A stretch of 64,000 nt of DNA from Octopus vulgaris (GCA_951406725.2 OX597828.1:66960001-67024000); one strand, 5' to 3'. Counted from the stretch's first letter, positions 1 to 13,929 are shown. Made by a program: numbers and translations. The notes: generated by a model not told the origin, from the letters alone.

Positions 1-1052
1 CCTACCTTCAGCTCCATCACCAATAAGAAGCAGATTATATCTCATCCCAGCCACTGAGGCTGGATACTCATGCAGAGATACTTATGATGTACGGCTTCTA
101 TATGGATTCTGTAAAAGAGATGCCTCTATACATGAGACAGAGACCAAATCAAAGACACAATGGAATCAGCTTGAACCTCTACATCGGTATAATAGAGGGC
201 CATCCTAAAAAGAGTTTTCAGAACTATATCTCTTCCTTCAGGAACGCTGAGAAGCGCAAAATAACAAAGTTTTCAAATCACGTTTCGTTTCAGAAAGAGA
301 AAGCAGTGGCATATAGTATCACATGGACAACTGTAGACACTATGGTAGTTGCAAAGTCTAAAGATCTGATTTGCTGGATAATATCCTTTCTTAGTTTGTT
401 TAAGTCAACTCCGAGAAGTGAACTTATTTCGAAAAAATTCTTAAACGACATGTTTATATTTAAATGGAAATTAAAAAATAATATATGGAAATATAAAAAT
501 CAAGTTAAGTAGTTTTACTTGACTTTACGTCTATCCGCCACAATTATTGGAATCGTAAATTCACTGGAAAACCGTTAAAAGCACCTAAAATTATATTACT
601 GTAAAATAGATAAGAATAAAAGCATATAAAATCATATTAAAATGTTAAGATACACACCACAATGTGGTGTAGTTTAGTGAACGAAATCATAAAGTCAGCT
701 GTGTCGTCTTATTTATCGGTTTTCGGAGCTCATATTTTACCATGTCTTATTGCAAATCGCATTCATAAATAAAGCATCCACGATGTACGGTAAACACCGC
801 CAAATTTAGATAGCTTTTCTTTTACTGTAATCTATTAAAAAAATAAAATTATTTGCTTGCAAGCATAAAATAGTTTTTTATTAACCATGCATTATTGGAA
901 ATGCATTCATAAATAAAGTACAGAACTGTTATTATCGGTTATTATCGGTTTAGCCTAGAGACAAGTAAATTTGGTTTAGCCTGGCCAAGAGAAAGTTGAT
1001 TCGACTTAAGTCGTGTCTCCTGGAATCAATTAACAACACAGGTTGAGGTATG

Positions 1053-1098
<46 letters not shown>

Positions 1099-1100
<2 letters not shown>

Positions 1101-2653
1101 CATACGAGTGGCTGTGTGGTAAGTAGCTTGCTTACGAACCACATGGTTCCGGGTTCAGTCCCACTGCGTGGCACCTTGGGCAAGTATCTTCTGCTATAGC
1201 CTTGGGCCGACCAAAGCCTTGTGAGTGGATTTGGCAGACGGAAACTGAAAGAACCCCGTCGTATATATTGTTACGGGACTCCCAGAACGAAAGCTGTTAC
1301 GGAATCCTTCACACAGGCCCGATCGATCAGAAAACGTTCGCCACGGAAACTCGGAGAGGAGAGAGAGACAACGAACACAACAACAGCCGCAAGAAGAGAC
1401 ACAGAGGCAATCGAGAGAGACACAAAGAAGGCAATTGGCTTACATTTAACCTACTAGTTTATAACACTTTATAATTGTTACAACATCAAATACATATCAG
1501 ATACATCAAGGAGGAAATACATGCAAGTAACAACACATAAAATGCAATAACAACAGCATTTAAAGAGTACACGTCGAATTACACAACAAGTCAATACATC
1601 ATACAGTCCGGAGACAACAGTTCTGTTTCAAATCACATTAACGTTACAGTTCAAAGGACATTAAAGGCATATACAGTTCAATGTTCATTAAAGACTACAA
1701 CAGTCTCTCTCTTGCTTTAACAGTTCTGTAACACATATCAACACAGTTCACATTGTTCTTTTTTTACTGTCTCATTTCTTTTACATTTCAATACATCGAT
1801 TCTTTTTCCTTCTTTTTCTTCACATATCAATACAACAATTCACGTACCGTTACATTAGCCAATGTCTCACATTGTAGTTCATCTCTCTTAGCACTGCTAA
1901 ATCCAACCGCCAACCGCTTGCCTCGAATTCCAAATGCCGACTGCTAAATCCAACTGCCAACTGCTCGCCTTGACTCCCAAATACCGACTGCTCAATCCTC
2001 GACTGCCTTGTCACTACCCCAATCTCTCTGTCGCAATCTCCCTCTCTCTTAGCTCTGTAATACTCTCTCCATGGCCGCTTAGTCCTATGTGCATGTCTTC
2101 CTCAGCCCCTCATCCTCTCACTCTACTGTCATCTCTCATGACAAGCTCCCAGATTCCTTAATCTGTCTTCCTCAGCCCCTCAACATTTCTCTCACTGTCT
2201 CTCACAAACTGAACTCTAATTCACCCGAAAAGGTCGGGGAGTTTCCCCGACCGGCACAAGGCCAAAGGTCCCCTAAAAGCTCATTACTCTTCCCAAAACA
2301 AAGGACTATAACTTTGCATTGTAGACCTTCAGTCTCCAAGCCAAGCAAAGTAGGTCAAGAAGTACTGCACCAGCTGAACCATTCACAACAATATGTATAT
2401 ATATATATGTGTGTGTGTATGTGTGTATGTGTGTGTGTCTGTGTGTCTGTGTTTATCCCCACGAACATCGCTTGACAACCCATGATAGTCTGTTTACGTC
2501 CGCGTAACTTAGCGGTTCGGCAAAAGAGACCGATAAAATAAGTACTAGGATTACAAAGAATAAGTCCTGGGGTCGATTCGTTCCACTAAAGGCGTTGCTC
2601 CAGCATGGCCACAGTCAAATGACTGAAACAAGTAAAAGAGTAAAGAGTAAGAG
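1099..2653 (+). mobile_element. tRNA-derived SINE family A, split by a solo-LTR insertion (SINE parts 1099-1268 and 2391-2653)
   Basis: Head GGCATACGAGTGGCTGTGTGGTAAG...GGTTCAGTCCC (A/B-box-like), internal (TA)(TG) microsatellite and 3' end GACTGAAACAAGTAAAAGAG. Colinear with the intact copy at 11968-12379. Confidence 0.9.
1269..2390. mobile_element. Solo LTR (1122 bp), probably Gypsy-type
   Basis: Starts TGTTAC and ends ACAACA (TGTT...AACA inverted ends). 4-bp TSD ATAT at 1265-1268 and 2391-2394. Interrupts the SINE precisely, and I recognise no coding homology. Confidence 0.8.
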
Positions 2654-2687
2654 CATATATATATACATATATATATACACGTACCCA

Positions 2688-2794
<107 letters not shown>

Positions 2795-3769
2795 CATTCT
2801 GTGGAGAATCTAGACGTTAATACATAAAACAGACCTTATTCACTAAATTTAAAATGTAAAATAATTTTCAAGTTTTCGTTTGTTTTTAAATATTTTCAAT
2901 TTTTGCAATTATTTTGTCTTTTTTTCTGTTCTGAGTATTTTAGATCTTCATTTTCTCTTAAATTATAATCAGAAGCAATATCGATATTTGTATTAATTTT
3001 TCAAATTATATTTTAACCTACATAGAAAAATCTCAAGGGAACATTTTCCAATCAAATATCAACTTTATATTTCAACAATTACAAATAATTGGTTTTTGCT
3101 TTTGTTGTTGTTGCTATTGTTTTTTTTTACTTTTCGTGTGCAATTAACCTGTTTCAAATCCTATGAGAGTTGGTTAGAGGTGGATGTTGTCATCATCGTC
3201 GTCTTCGTTATCGTTGTTGTTGACGACGATGACAAAGTCAATGATGATGATGATGATGATGATGACGACGACGACGATTTTGTTGTGTTGTTGAGGTCAA
3301 TGTTGTTATTTATGACGACAATGATGATTTTGCAGTTGTCAATGTTGTTAGTGATGATGATGACGATGATGATGATGATGATGATGATGAAAACGATGAA
3401 GATGATAATTGTTATATTAATAATTAAAGATGATAATTGTTATTGATGATGATGATGATGATGATGATGATTTGTTGTTCGTGGTGTTGCTGTTGTCAGT
3501 GCGATGGTGATATTTTTTATTTGTTGTTCATGTGTTGTTTGCGTTGTTTAACACAAGCTCAATTTAGATTGAGCAACTTATCATCAACGTCCTTCCAACC
3601 GTGACCATCTGGTATTTTTCTGTTATAATGTTTCCTGGACTACATCATCGTCTAATGCAACGGTTCTCAACAGGGTCCGCATTACACTTAAGGGTCGAAA
3701 TGGTCCCTGAAGTTTCATATAAGATTTTTAGGGATCTACACATCAAAATAGTAAATTGGGGATCCACAA

Positions 3770-3956
3770 TTGTGGGTAGTAAAGAAATAGGTATTTCGTC
3801 TGTCTTCACGTTCCGAGTTCAAATTCCGCCGAGGTCGACTTTGCCTTTCATCCTTTCGGGGTCGATTAAATAAGTACCAGTTACGCACTAGGGTCGATGT
3901 AATCTACTAGTCCCCTTCTCAAAAATTGCTGCCCTTGTGGCAAAATTTGAAGCCAT
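3770..3956 (+). mobile_element. SINE family B, 5'-truncated, with tandem junction
   Basis: TGTGGGTAGTAAAGAAATAGG|TATTTCGTC...GAGTTCAAATTCCGCCGAGGTCGACTTTGCCTTTCATCC matches the family B copies elsewhere in the window. Confidence 0.85.
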
Positions 3957-4042
3957 TATTGCTGTTGTTGTTTCTGTTTTTGTGGTTGCTGCTGCTGTTG
4001 CCGTCATCATTGTTGTCGTCATCGTCGTCGTCGTCGTCATCG

Positions 4043-4129
<87 letters not shown>

Positions 4130-4564
4130 CCATTTCCTTTATCTAACAGTGTATTTTGTAATACACTCTCTATAATTATTGTTGCTTCAGCTAACTTTAG
4201 ATATTGTTATTTAAATTATTCTTTTAAACTTTTAAAAATATAAACACGCAACACATACTAACCCAATTATATAAATGATATTCATATTCGCCATGGTCTG
4301 GGGCGATGATTCTTCGGGTGGAGTAGAGTACAGGGGAGATCCGTCAGGTTATCCGCTGCATGCATGTGTATACAAACATACATACATACATACATACATA
4401 CATACATACATACATACATGTATATATACATGCATACATACAAACCTATACATCTACATAAAACATATACGCTAGATATATATACACACACACACGCATA
4501 TTCATACATATATATATATACACACAAACATACGTGTGTGTGTGTATGTATATATATATATGCA

Positions 4565-4621
<57 letters not shown>

Positions 4622-4691
4622 ACACACACATATATATATATATATATACAATGCGCACACACGGTACAAAACACACTCACATATATGTTTA

Positions 4692-4723
<32 letters not shown>

Positions 4724-4763
4724 GTATATATATGTATATGTATGTGTGTATATATATATATGT

Positions 4764-4808
<45 letters not shown>

Positions 4809-5562
4809 TACATACACACATACATACATGCATACACACACATATATGTGCGTGTGTAAGAATTAGATCTATTCTTTAAACAAAACCAAAATCACATTAT
4901 TTCATGACAGCCGGTAGCAAGATTGGCGACAAAATCACAACATTGTATAACCACCACCACCACCACCACCAAAACCACCAAAACCACTACCACCACCACC
5001 ACCACCACCACCACCACCACCACCACCACCACCACCACCACCACCACCGACGTCGACGACGACGACGATGGTAAAGGTTAAAACAAAAACTTGACAGAAC
5101 AACAATAAACTTCAATGTTCATTTTACAGAAACTTTATCTCTTCCTTTTCCTTTTCCTCCCACCACCCCCAAACTGTCGTTTATTGCACGATGGTGATGG
5201 TGATGGAGTTGTTGTTGCTGTTATTGTTGGCGTTGGAGGCGGTAGAGAGGTTACAAGAGTGCAACGCCAATATGGCCGCCATGTTAAACAGTGTCATAAC
5301 TTTTAGTGCACTCCTAATTCTATGTCATAGATTGGATTTGTGTATGTGTGTGTGTATGTATAAGTGTGTGTGTGTATTTGTGTGTGTGTGTGTGTATTTG
5401 TGTGTGTAAGTCGAAAGGAAAGACATTTAGGAAATCAGAATAAACCAATAATAACAACAATTATAGATTATGATAATCTGTTGTGTCTGGGGAGAGTCAT
5501 TTTCTTTTTGTGCCTTATAATTTAACCCACTCATCTGTAAAATTTTCACTTATTTCTTATTT

Positions 5563-5690
5563 TCGTCTGCCGTTACGTTCTGAGTTCAAATTCCGCCGAG
5601 ATTGACTTCGCTTTTTAACCTTTCGGGATCGATAAAATAAGTAACAGCTGAGTACCGGGGCGATGTAATCAACTAGTCCCCCTACCCCAG
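5563..5690 (+). mobile_element. SINE family B fragment
   Basis: TTACGTTCTGAGTTCAAATTCCGCCGAG...GATGTAATC core. Confidence 0.75.
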
Positions 5691-5699
5691 TTGTGATCA

Positions 5700-6560
5700 T
5701 CAACTGGGAGGAGACGTACAAGGGCTGCTTATGGAAAAACCCTATAAAAAAAACATGGTCACTCTGTCTTTTGGGGTAGGTGCCTTTTTCCTTTCCTTTT
5801 TTTCAACTATAGACGTATTCCCTCTACTTTCATCCACTTTTTAGGAAATTGGCAAGAAGACAACATTTCCCATCTCAACCCTTGATCAGGGATTGGCCGA
5901 AGAGAAAAGTATTGGTCTTCAGCCCCTTCAATCTCGTCCACCACACAACTTCTTTCGCCATGGCCAACAGTCGTATAAACAAAGCCTTTCCTTCTCGGTT
6001 AAAGGAAGGCGGCGGTGCGATCTTCGACGTTGGATTCAGTTGACAGCCGGATTCACCCCGCAAACGACAAGTTTTCGACATAAACCCACAGGTCAGCAAT
6101 GCACGAGCGCTGAATGAATGCACGCAGGACCGTCTCGTCGTCCTGCGCGCATCTCAGACATGCTTGGCTGACGACACTTTCGTGCCGGTAAAGTTTATCT
6201 CGAACAGGCAAAGCTCCATGGTAGCACAACCAGGCCATAGATTTTTTAGAAATTATCCATCGGTCTCTGGCTGAAAGTTCTCCAGAAAAGAGCGGATAGT
6301 TGATCTTCTTCAACGCCCAAGATATCCCCAAGAACGTCGTCGTACTTTTCTTCCACTAATTTTCTTTAAAAATCCAAAGTGGACGTTCCGATTGGCTGAG
6401 GGCTGAAGGCGCTTGAAGACATTCAACGTTGTAAATGCTCCTCCCCCCTCGATCTCTGTTTTACCCAGGACTGCAGCTCCGTTAAAGAAACTAGCTGAGA
6501 AAATACGGGTCTGGTGAACGGCAACCACACCTGTTCACTGTCAAGGAAGCACTGGAGATG
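5700..6560 (-). mobile_element. L1/Tx1-clade LINE, degenerate ORF2 C-terminus and start of 3' UTR
   Basis: Minus translation AWLCYHGALPVRDKLYRH...CLRCAQDDETVLRAFIQ resembles the zf-RVT-type cysteine-rich region of L1/Tx1 ORF2. The UTR matches 19030-19200. Confidence 0.75.
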
Positions 6561-6565
6561 TCGTA

Positions 6566-6633
6566 GTGTACCCTTATGAGACGGGTAATCATGATGGGTA
6601 CACTGGGCACGCACTGCTCTCTCTCTCTCACTC
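6566..6633 (+). mobile_element. Extreme 3' fragment of the (AAT)n-tailed retroposon module
   Basis: GTGTACCCTTAT...GGGTA...CTCTCACTC followed by (AAC)/(AAT)n. Same 3' end as 13271-13815. Confidence 0.75.
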
Positions 6634-6674
6634 AATAACAACAACAACAACAATAATAATAATAATAATAATTT

Positions 6675-6874
6675 TGCCACAAGAGCAGCGACTTTGGGGG
6701 AGGGGATGAATTTATTACATCGACCTCCGTTTTCAGCTGGTACATATTTTATCGACTCCGAAAGGATGAACGGCAAAATCGACCTCGGCGGAATTTGAAC
6801 TCAGAACGGAGCGACGGGCAAAATACTGTTCAGCATCTCATCCAGTGTGCTAACGATTCTGCCAGCTAACCGCC
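6675..6874 (-). mobile_element. SINE family B
   Basis: Reverse complement begins GGCGGTTAGCTGGCAGAATCGTTAGCAC and carries the family B core. Confidence 0.85.
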
Positions 6875-7211
6875 ATAATAATAAAACGTTGGTACAAGGC
6901 CATGAATTCCATGGGGAAGACGACTGTAGTGATTGACTGGTACTTTATTTATCGATTCCTGAAGAACCATATGTAAAGTCGATTTTGGTTATTGTCATTA
7001 CTGATGAGGAGGTGATAGTGTTGTTGTTGTTGGTGGTGGTGGTGTTGATGGTGGTGGTTACGTCGGTTATGAAATGGTGTTGTTAAATAAGTTCTAATTC
7101 ACTTTCATTTGGAAAATTATTTAACTGGAATAAAATTCCAAAGAAATTGGTAAAACATCAATAATGGCAATGTGTTGGAGTAGATTACTGTCATAATAAT
7201 AGGCTAATACT

Positions 7212-7212
<1 letters not shown>

Positions 7213-7268
<56 letters not shown>

Positions 7269-7363
7269 GGTCCCGGGTTGATTCGGGATTAACCACAGTA
7301 AATAAGGTACTCAATACATAGCAGAGTAAAATTAATTTATTATATAGAAGGAGCTTCTACAGG

Positions 7364-7399
<36 letters not shown>

Positions 7400-7432
7400 G
7401 TATATATATATATGTATATATATATGTATATA

Positions 7433-7521
<89 letters not shown>

Positions 7522-7948
7522 GTGACAAACTCAGTAAAGACGTAGATACACACGTCACTCGAGTGCAGAACGCATCTGGAAATGGATACAAACATACACA
7601 AATACGCACGTGCACTTATTTCGCCACACATGCTCCTGCACACTCTAGTCACACATATATAATCACATACACACATATGTATTGTATGTATGTATGTATG
7701 TATGTATGTATGTATGTATGTATGTATGTATGTATGTATGTATGTACGTACGTATGTATGTATGTATGTATGTATGTATGTACGTATGTATGTATGTACG
7801 TACGTATGTATGTATGTATGTATGTATGTATGTATGTATGTATGTGCGTACGTATGTATGTACGTACGTACGTATGTATGTATGTATGTATGTATGTATG
7901 TATGTATGTATGTATGTATGTATGTATGCATGCATGCATGCATGCATG

Positions 7949-7982
<34 letters not shown>

Positions 7983-8312
7983 TGTACGTACGTACGTACG
8001 TACGTATGTATGTATGTATGTATGCATGTATGTATGTATGTATGTATGTATGCATGCATGCATGCATGCATGCATGTATGTATGTATGTATGTATGTATG
8101 TATGTATGTACGTAGTACGTACGTATGTATGTATGTATGTATGTATGTATGTATGTATGTATGTATGTACGTACGTACGTACGTATGTATGTATGTATGT
8201 ATGTATGTATGTATGTATGTATGTATGTATGTGTGTATGTATGTATGTATGTATGTATGTATGTATGTATGTATGTATGTATGTATGTATGTATGTATGT
8301 ATGTATGTATGT
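7213..8312. repeat. (TA)n arrays with short unique inserts, then a long (TATG)n/(TACG)/(CATG) array
   Basis: Direct inspection. Confidence 0.95.
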
Positions 8313-8574
8313 ATATACCCTCACTGTGGACGTGTCCAACGCAATCACAAGACTTTAATTCATATGGAAATGAGTCACTGATATTAAGTACATGTAACTC
8401 CACCAAATGTGTTGAGCGTTACTTTTCTTCGTTTGTTCAGTCGTATATATTTGTACATACATAAATGCAAGCATGTATGCGTGTGTGTGTGCATGTGCGC
8501 GTGCGCGCGCGTGCGTGTGTATGTGTGTGTATGTATGTATGTATGTATGTATGTACGTACGCACGTATGTATAC

Positions 8575-9555
8575 TTTTATTCAGTTTTATTTCTAGATTT
8601 CTTGCCTAAAGAGAAAGAGCCGAGTTCTAATCGAGATCTAAGGCGCCTTCATTGGAATTTTAAACATCAACAAGCTACTTGTGCGTATATGTGCAGTCAG
8701 TATATGTGCATTCAGTATATGTGCAGTCAGTATATGTGCATTCAGTATATGTGCAGTCAGTATATGTGCAGATTTGTATGTTTTGTTTTATGTATGTATT
8801 TTCATACATATAGCTGAATGTCTAGACATGCGCATATTTACTTAAATGCTAAACTCCTGGGAAATTTTTACAAATTTTGAGAGTTCCATTGAATCTGTAA
8901 TCTAATTAATTAGCTTCCACCTTTCTGGTTTTGATAAGCCTAGTTTCTCAAGATTAGTGCTTAGGCAGTTTGATACATAACTCAGTGCCCCAATGTAGAT
9001 ATCTGAACTTGTAATCCTGGTAGAGTAGCTGCAAATCTCTTAATAGTTCAGTGTAGGCATTTTCTTTTTCGCTGATCATTAGTTTTGTATTGACATCCGC
9101 TGGGTAACTGATTTCCATTACTGTACGTAGTTTCTCTTCTCTGTCCCAAATCACTATGTCTGGTCTATTATGTTTACATTTTATTGAGGTTTCCACAGGG
9201 ACGTTCCACCAGTACTCCTTATCACTATGAGTGGCTATGGCCTCTACTATACCGTGAGTTCTAACCTCTTTGGCCTTAGGATAATCCTTCCAACGGAAAT
9301 CATTGGACAGTTTGTTGGCTACAACGTCATGTGTCATCGCTGGATAATCACGCGTTGACATTTTTGTACAACTGATAATGATGTGGGTTATATTTTCGGT
9401 GTTAACTTCACATAAGTCTGCACTAGTTATTACATTTTGGTGTTTTTCCTGCGTATCTGTCTTTTTTGTGCATTGAGTATTTAGTTGATACTTCCTGTTT
9501 CTGAATGACAAACGCATACCCCTCAAAGCTCAAAGTGAGAGTTAGTAATTCGGTT
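8575..9555 (-). mobile_element. R4/Dong-like non-LTR retrotransposon, 3' part (zinc knuckle, REL endonuclease, 3' UTR), degenerate
   Basis: ORF 8954-9526: LCEVNTENITHIIISC..HDVVA..NRPDIVIWDREEKLRTVMEISYPAD..EKENAY (CCHC remnant plus PD-(D/E)xK REL motif). The UTR is homologous to 40921-41025. Confidence 0.85.
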
Positions 9556-9564
9556 CAAATAAGA

Positions 9565-10768
9565 TGATATTTTTTCGAATATAGAATTATCATTAGAACA
9601 GCAGAAATACTGAGGGAATTACCTTTACAAAGCGGAAAAAATTGTCAACAAACAGTCCTGGGACTCGAACCCACATTCCCCAAAGACACTGGCTGAGTGC
9701 TCTAACATTAAGTTAAACAGCCCGATGAGAAATTCAACCGCAAATTTAGACGCTAAATAGCTAAATGAACAACTACGTGTATATACAGGGTGCGATGGGT
9801 AAATTGTCGCCATTTTATATTTTCAATTTCGTGCATGCGCATTGTTTGTTTTGATTTTGTCGACTATGCATTATAGTAAGGGCAGTTGGGCACGTCTGTG
9901 TGAAAAACAGCACCATGACGCAATTCACTCGGCCAGAAATTTGGAAACGACATGCTGTAGTGCTTGGCATTCGCGCCTGAAGCTCCAATACGAACACTTC
10001 AGAGCGTTTGGGTGTCAATCTGAGGATAGTGCATGTTCCGTGATCGCTAGTGATGGCGACATTATGCTTCCATTCACCTTCCTACACGGCCTCACACTCA
10101 ACATGGAGGCCTACATCAAGTGCCTGGAGGCGGTAGTGCTGCCCTGGGTCAAGAGGGTGGCTGCTGGAAGACCCTATGTCTAGCAACAGGACTCTGCACC
10201 ATGCCACACAAGCAGGAGAACCCAGTCATAGCTGTCAGGCAATTTCTGCGACCACATCACCCCTAACATCTCACCACCTAACTCCCCAAACTGCAGCCCC
10301 CTTGATTATTATGTGCGGGCCACAGCCGAGCGAGAGACCAACAAAACTCCTTGTAACACCAAAGACTTAAGGCAAGGATTATGTCAGCATTCACTAACTT
10401 AAACAAGGAGACTGTCCAGAAGAGTGGCAGGAGATTCGGAAGTTGTCTGGAGGTCATGATTGAAGCCAATGGCGATTTTATTGAATAAATTTACTCTTTA
10501 GTATTTCAAGATATTTTTTATGTAATTTTGGTAAATGTATTAGTTAAAACGCGATGTCATTTTTATTTTTATTTTTGCGTAATTTAGACGACAATATATT
10601 CACCGCACCCTGTAAATATAAAGAAACTAACATTTGTTTTTATAAGAGCCGAAATGTGTATTTATATAAATAAGAGGATATTTTTTTTCGGACGCTGAGT
10701 TGCCGTTAGAACAACAGAAATACTGAGTAAATCACCATTAGAAAGCGGAAAAATTTGTCGACAAACAT
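9565..10768. repeat. Diverged direct repeat (9565-9655 and 10677-10768) with a tRNA-like segment (9653-9723, minus), interrupted by a mariner
   Basis: TTAGAACAGCAGAAATACTGAG...AAAGCGGAAAAAATTGTC occurs twice. The minus strand has GTTAGAGCA...GGGTTCGAGTCCC (A/B boxes). Confidence 0.6.
9786..10612 (+). mobile_element. Tc1/mariner DD37D (maT-like) element, internally deleted
   Basis: TA|CAGGGTGCG...CGCACCCTG|TA TIRs and TSD. QQDSAPCH...PLDYY has 37 residues between the last two Asp. Contains stops. Homologous to 59428-60867. Confidence 0.9.
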
Positions 10769-10844
10769 CCGGTTGTTTGTCCATGAAAAATTGCTTTGAT
10801 TATCAATGTTACTGTCATCCTGGGGTTTTCTGCTAACAGATCCA

Positions 10845-10950
10845 GGCGTGGTGTTCTGCTGACATACATTCATCCTTTCATCTGATGATATGTTGCCGTA
10901 GAGTCGTGCAGTTTATTTTGGCAAGGGTATAGGACTTGGAGCTGCTTCCG
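10845..10950 (-). mobile_element. Continuation of the R4/Dong-like LINE at 8575-9555
   Basis: Aligns with 42535-42650 of the second copy (CATCCTTTCATCT-ATGATA..TAGAGTCGTGC..GGAGCTGC). Confidence 0.7.
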
Positions 10951-10954
10951 AAAT

Positions 10955-11405
10955 ATGTATGCGTGTATGTATGTATGTATGTATGTATGTATGTATGTAT
11001 GTATGTATGTATGTATGTATGTATGTATGTATGTATGCATGCATGTATGTATGTATGTTCGTACGTACGTATGTATGTATGTATGTATGTATGTATGTAT
11101 GTATGTATGTATGTATGCATGCATGCATGTATGTATGTATTTATGTATGAATGTATGTATGTATGTATGTATGTGTGTATGTATGTATGTATGTATGTAT
11201 GTATGTATGTATGCATGTATGTATGTATGCATGCATGTATGTATGTATGTTCGTATGTATGTATGTATGTATGTATGTATGTATGTATGTATGTATGTAT
11301 GCATGCATGCATGCATGCATGTATGTATGTATTTATGTATGAATGTATGTATGTATGCATGCATGCATGCATGCATGTATGTATGTATGTATGTATGTAT
11401 GTATG
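10955..11405. repeat. (TATG)n array with higher-order structure
   Basis: Direct inspection. Variant blocks recur at a 192-bp period. Confidence 0.95.
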
Positions 11406-11967
11406 AATGTGCATACACTCATTCTATTTCATGCACACACACACACACACACGATCATACCTTCACTTTATTTCACAAATATATTTCTTATAATAACTGA
11501 TAGAAGTCTCCCAACATCAATTATTAGGAAGTTAAGTCATCGGGGGTCACCTCTTCGGTGTCTCCCCCGCTCTGATCAAAAATAGTTTAAAAATTCCTTT
11601 CTAATTCCTCCACTGTTAAAAAAAAAAATGAATGCATCAGATAATGAAATCCAAGTTCTTAGACAAAAGAGGAGATTGTCATGGTTGTAGTGCCTTTGCT
11701 CATTGGATTGCTAAATCATAACTGACTTAAGGGTAAACGACGACTAGAGATGGTTTACCCCTCATCATAACAATCGTAAAATAATCGTGACATGCGCTAA
11801 ACATGCAACATTTATAAGTTCTTTTTCCTCCCAAATTACACCTGAGATTTCTGGGGTCTTGCTAATTTTCTACCGACCACTTCTCAATCCAACATGGCTC
11901 TGTTGATACACACACCTATCTGCACGTCTATCTGCATCCATGTCTATCTGTATTCATAAATTCATAA

Positions 11968-12138
11968 GGCGCAGGAGTGGCTGTGTGGTAAGCAGCTTGC
12001 TTGACAACCATATGGTTCCGGGTTCAGTCCCACTGCGTGGCACCTTGGGCAAGTGTCTTCTACTGTAGCCTCGGACTAACCAAAGCCTTGTGAGTGGATT
12101 TGGTAGACGGAAACTGAAAGAAGCCCGTCGTATATATG

Positions 12139-12169
<31 letters not shown>

Positions 12170-12379
12170 GTATGTTTGTATGTCTGCGTTTGTCCCCCCA
12201 ACATCGCTTGACAACCGATGCTGGTATGTTTACGTCCCAGTAACTTAGCGGTTCGGCAAAAGAGCCGATAGAATAAGTACTAGGCTTACAAAGATTAAGT
12301 CCTGGGGTCGATTAGCTCGACTAAAGGCGGTGCTCCAGCATGGCCACAGTCAAATGACTGAAACAAGTAAAAGAGTAAA
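11968..12379 (+). mobile_element. SINE family A, full length
   Basis: GGCGCAGGAGTGGCTGTGTGGTAAG...internal microsatellite...GACTGAAACAAGTAAAAGAG. Confidence 0.92.
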
Positions 12380-13100
12380 TCTCTTAGTTTATTACACTGA
12401 GATAACCTGCATTGATCTCTCTCTCCTCCCCCCTCTCTCTCTCTCTTTCTCTCTCTTTTATGTTATTACACTAGAATCTCTCTTTGAAATGAATAACTGG
12501 CATTGATAACTTTCTAAGGGTATTACACTGGCATTAATATATTCAATCAATCCATTTAATCATACCTGAACGAAACAGCAAATTAACTACCAATCAACGC
12601 GAAATCAAACTTTCACAAACTAAATAAATTAACACTGACACACCTACAACACAGTAGCCAACCAAAAGCCTTGTAATTATCAATCAATCGCAGTGTAATA
12701 GATTCCTGAAAAGAAATTACAGTAAATAACCACTCCTGAATCCAACCTACAGCTTGTTTATATTCTTTTCAAGCAATTATTGGAAGACGTGACCTCATTA
12801 ACGACTCCAGTTCTACGTTTGTATATTCGACTACCAACACGTTCACCGTAACCATATTTAACACTCTCATTCTAAAGATGTTTATACACGTGGCAGAAAA
12901 AAACTTCGTTAACCTTTCTGTCTTTCCTTTAATAAAGAAAATATACAGGGTGGGCCAAGAATTACGCACAAAATACGTTCAATTCGTTCCGGAATTGTCA
13001 GACATGCTTCAATTTTTCTAGAATGGAATAAAATGAATAAATTAATGATGAAAGCGCACGTACTTGTACATGATGAACAAAATGAATGAATGAATGAATG

Positions 13101-13164
<64 letters not shown>

Positions 13165-13165
13165 G

Positions 13166-13196
<31 letters not shown>

Positions 13197-13209
13197 AACA
13201 GCAATAATA

Positions 13210-13270
<61 letters not shown>

Positions 13271-13815
13271 AAGTACCAGGCAGTGGCTCTCATGGCTTCT
13301 GATCTTAACTGATTGAAAGTGTTATCATGTACATTGTTTTGCCTTGGTATAAAAGATGGGCTACAGCAAATATTCTGCTTAATACCACAGATTTGCTTGT
13401 CAGTTATTTGACCATAACCAGTTGAGCATGTCCCTTAGTGGCTGACGATATGTGCATCTCTGATCACGAGCAGAAGTAGTGGGGGAGCATCATAGCCATG
13501 TGTTGAGAGGGATTCTTTGGGGTTTGAATAATTCACCTCTGGAAACATGGGTAGTTCTTTCAACATCCTTAAACAACCCTTATTCAGGGACCGTTTGAGC
13601 GGGATGGGTTACTCGACCTGAAGAAAATTCTAACTGGGCCCCACCTGCAAGGTCATGTGCTGTTTATCTTGATATGAGATCACCATGTCGCGCACATATA
13701 GTTGTGATGCATGTGCCTGGTGTACCCTTATCAGACGGGTAGTCATGATGGGTATACTGGGCTTCGTATATTTTACCCCAGTGTCACTTTGATGGCATGA
13801 ACTGTTCTCTCACTC
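13271..13815 (+). mobile_element. About 550-bp non-coding retroposon module (probable R4/Dong 3' UTR) inserted in (AAT)n
   Basis: Highly similar to 46269-46769 and 27665-27959. Fixed 3' end CTCTCACTC(AAT)n with variable 5' truncation. A partial copy follows at 13830-13929. Confidence 0.85.
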
Positions 13816-13929
13816 AATAATAATAATAAGATGAGCTACAGCAAATATTCTGCTCAATACCACAGACTTGCTTGTCAATTGTTTGACCATAACCAGTTGA
13901 GCATATCCCTTGGTGGCTGACGATATGTG

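Noticed and set aside
84-512. 142-aa ORF as a host gene
   Set aside because: No recognisable domain. GHPKKSF faintly resembles an RTE C-terminal remnant, which is too weak to call.
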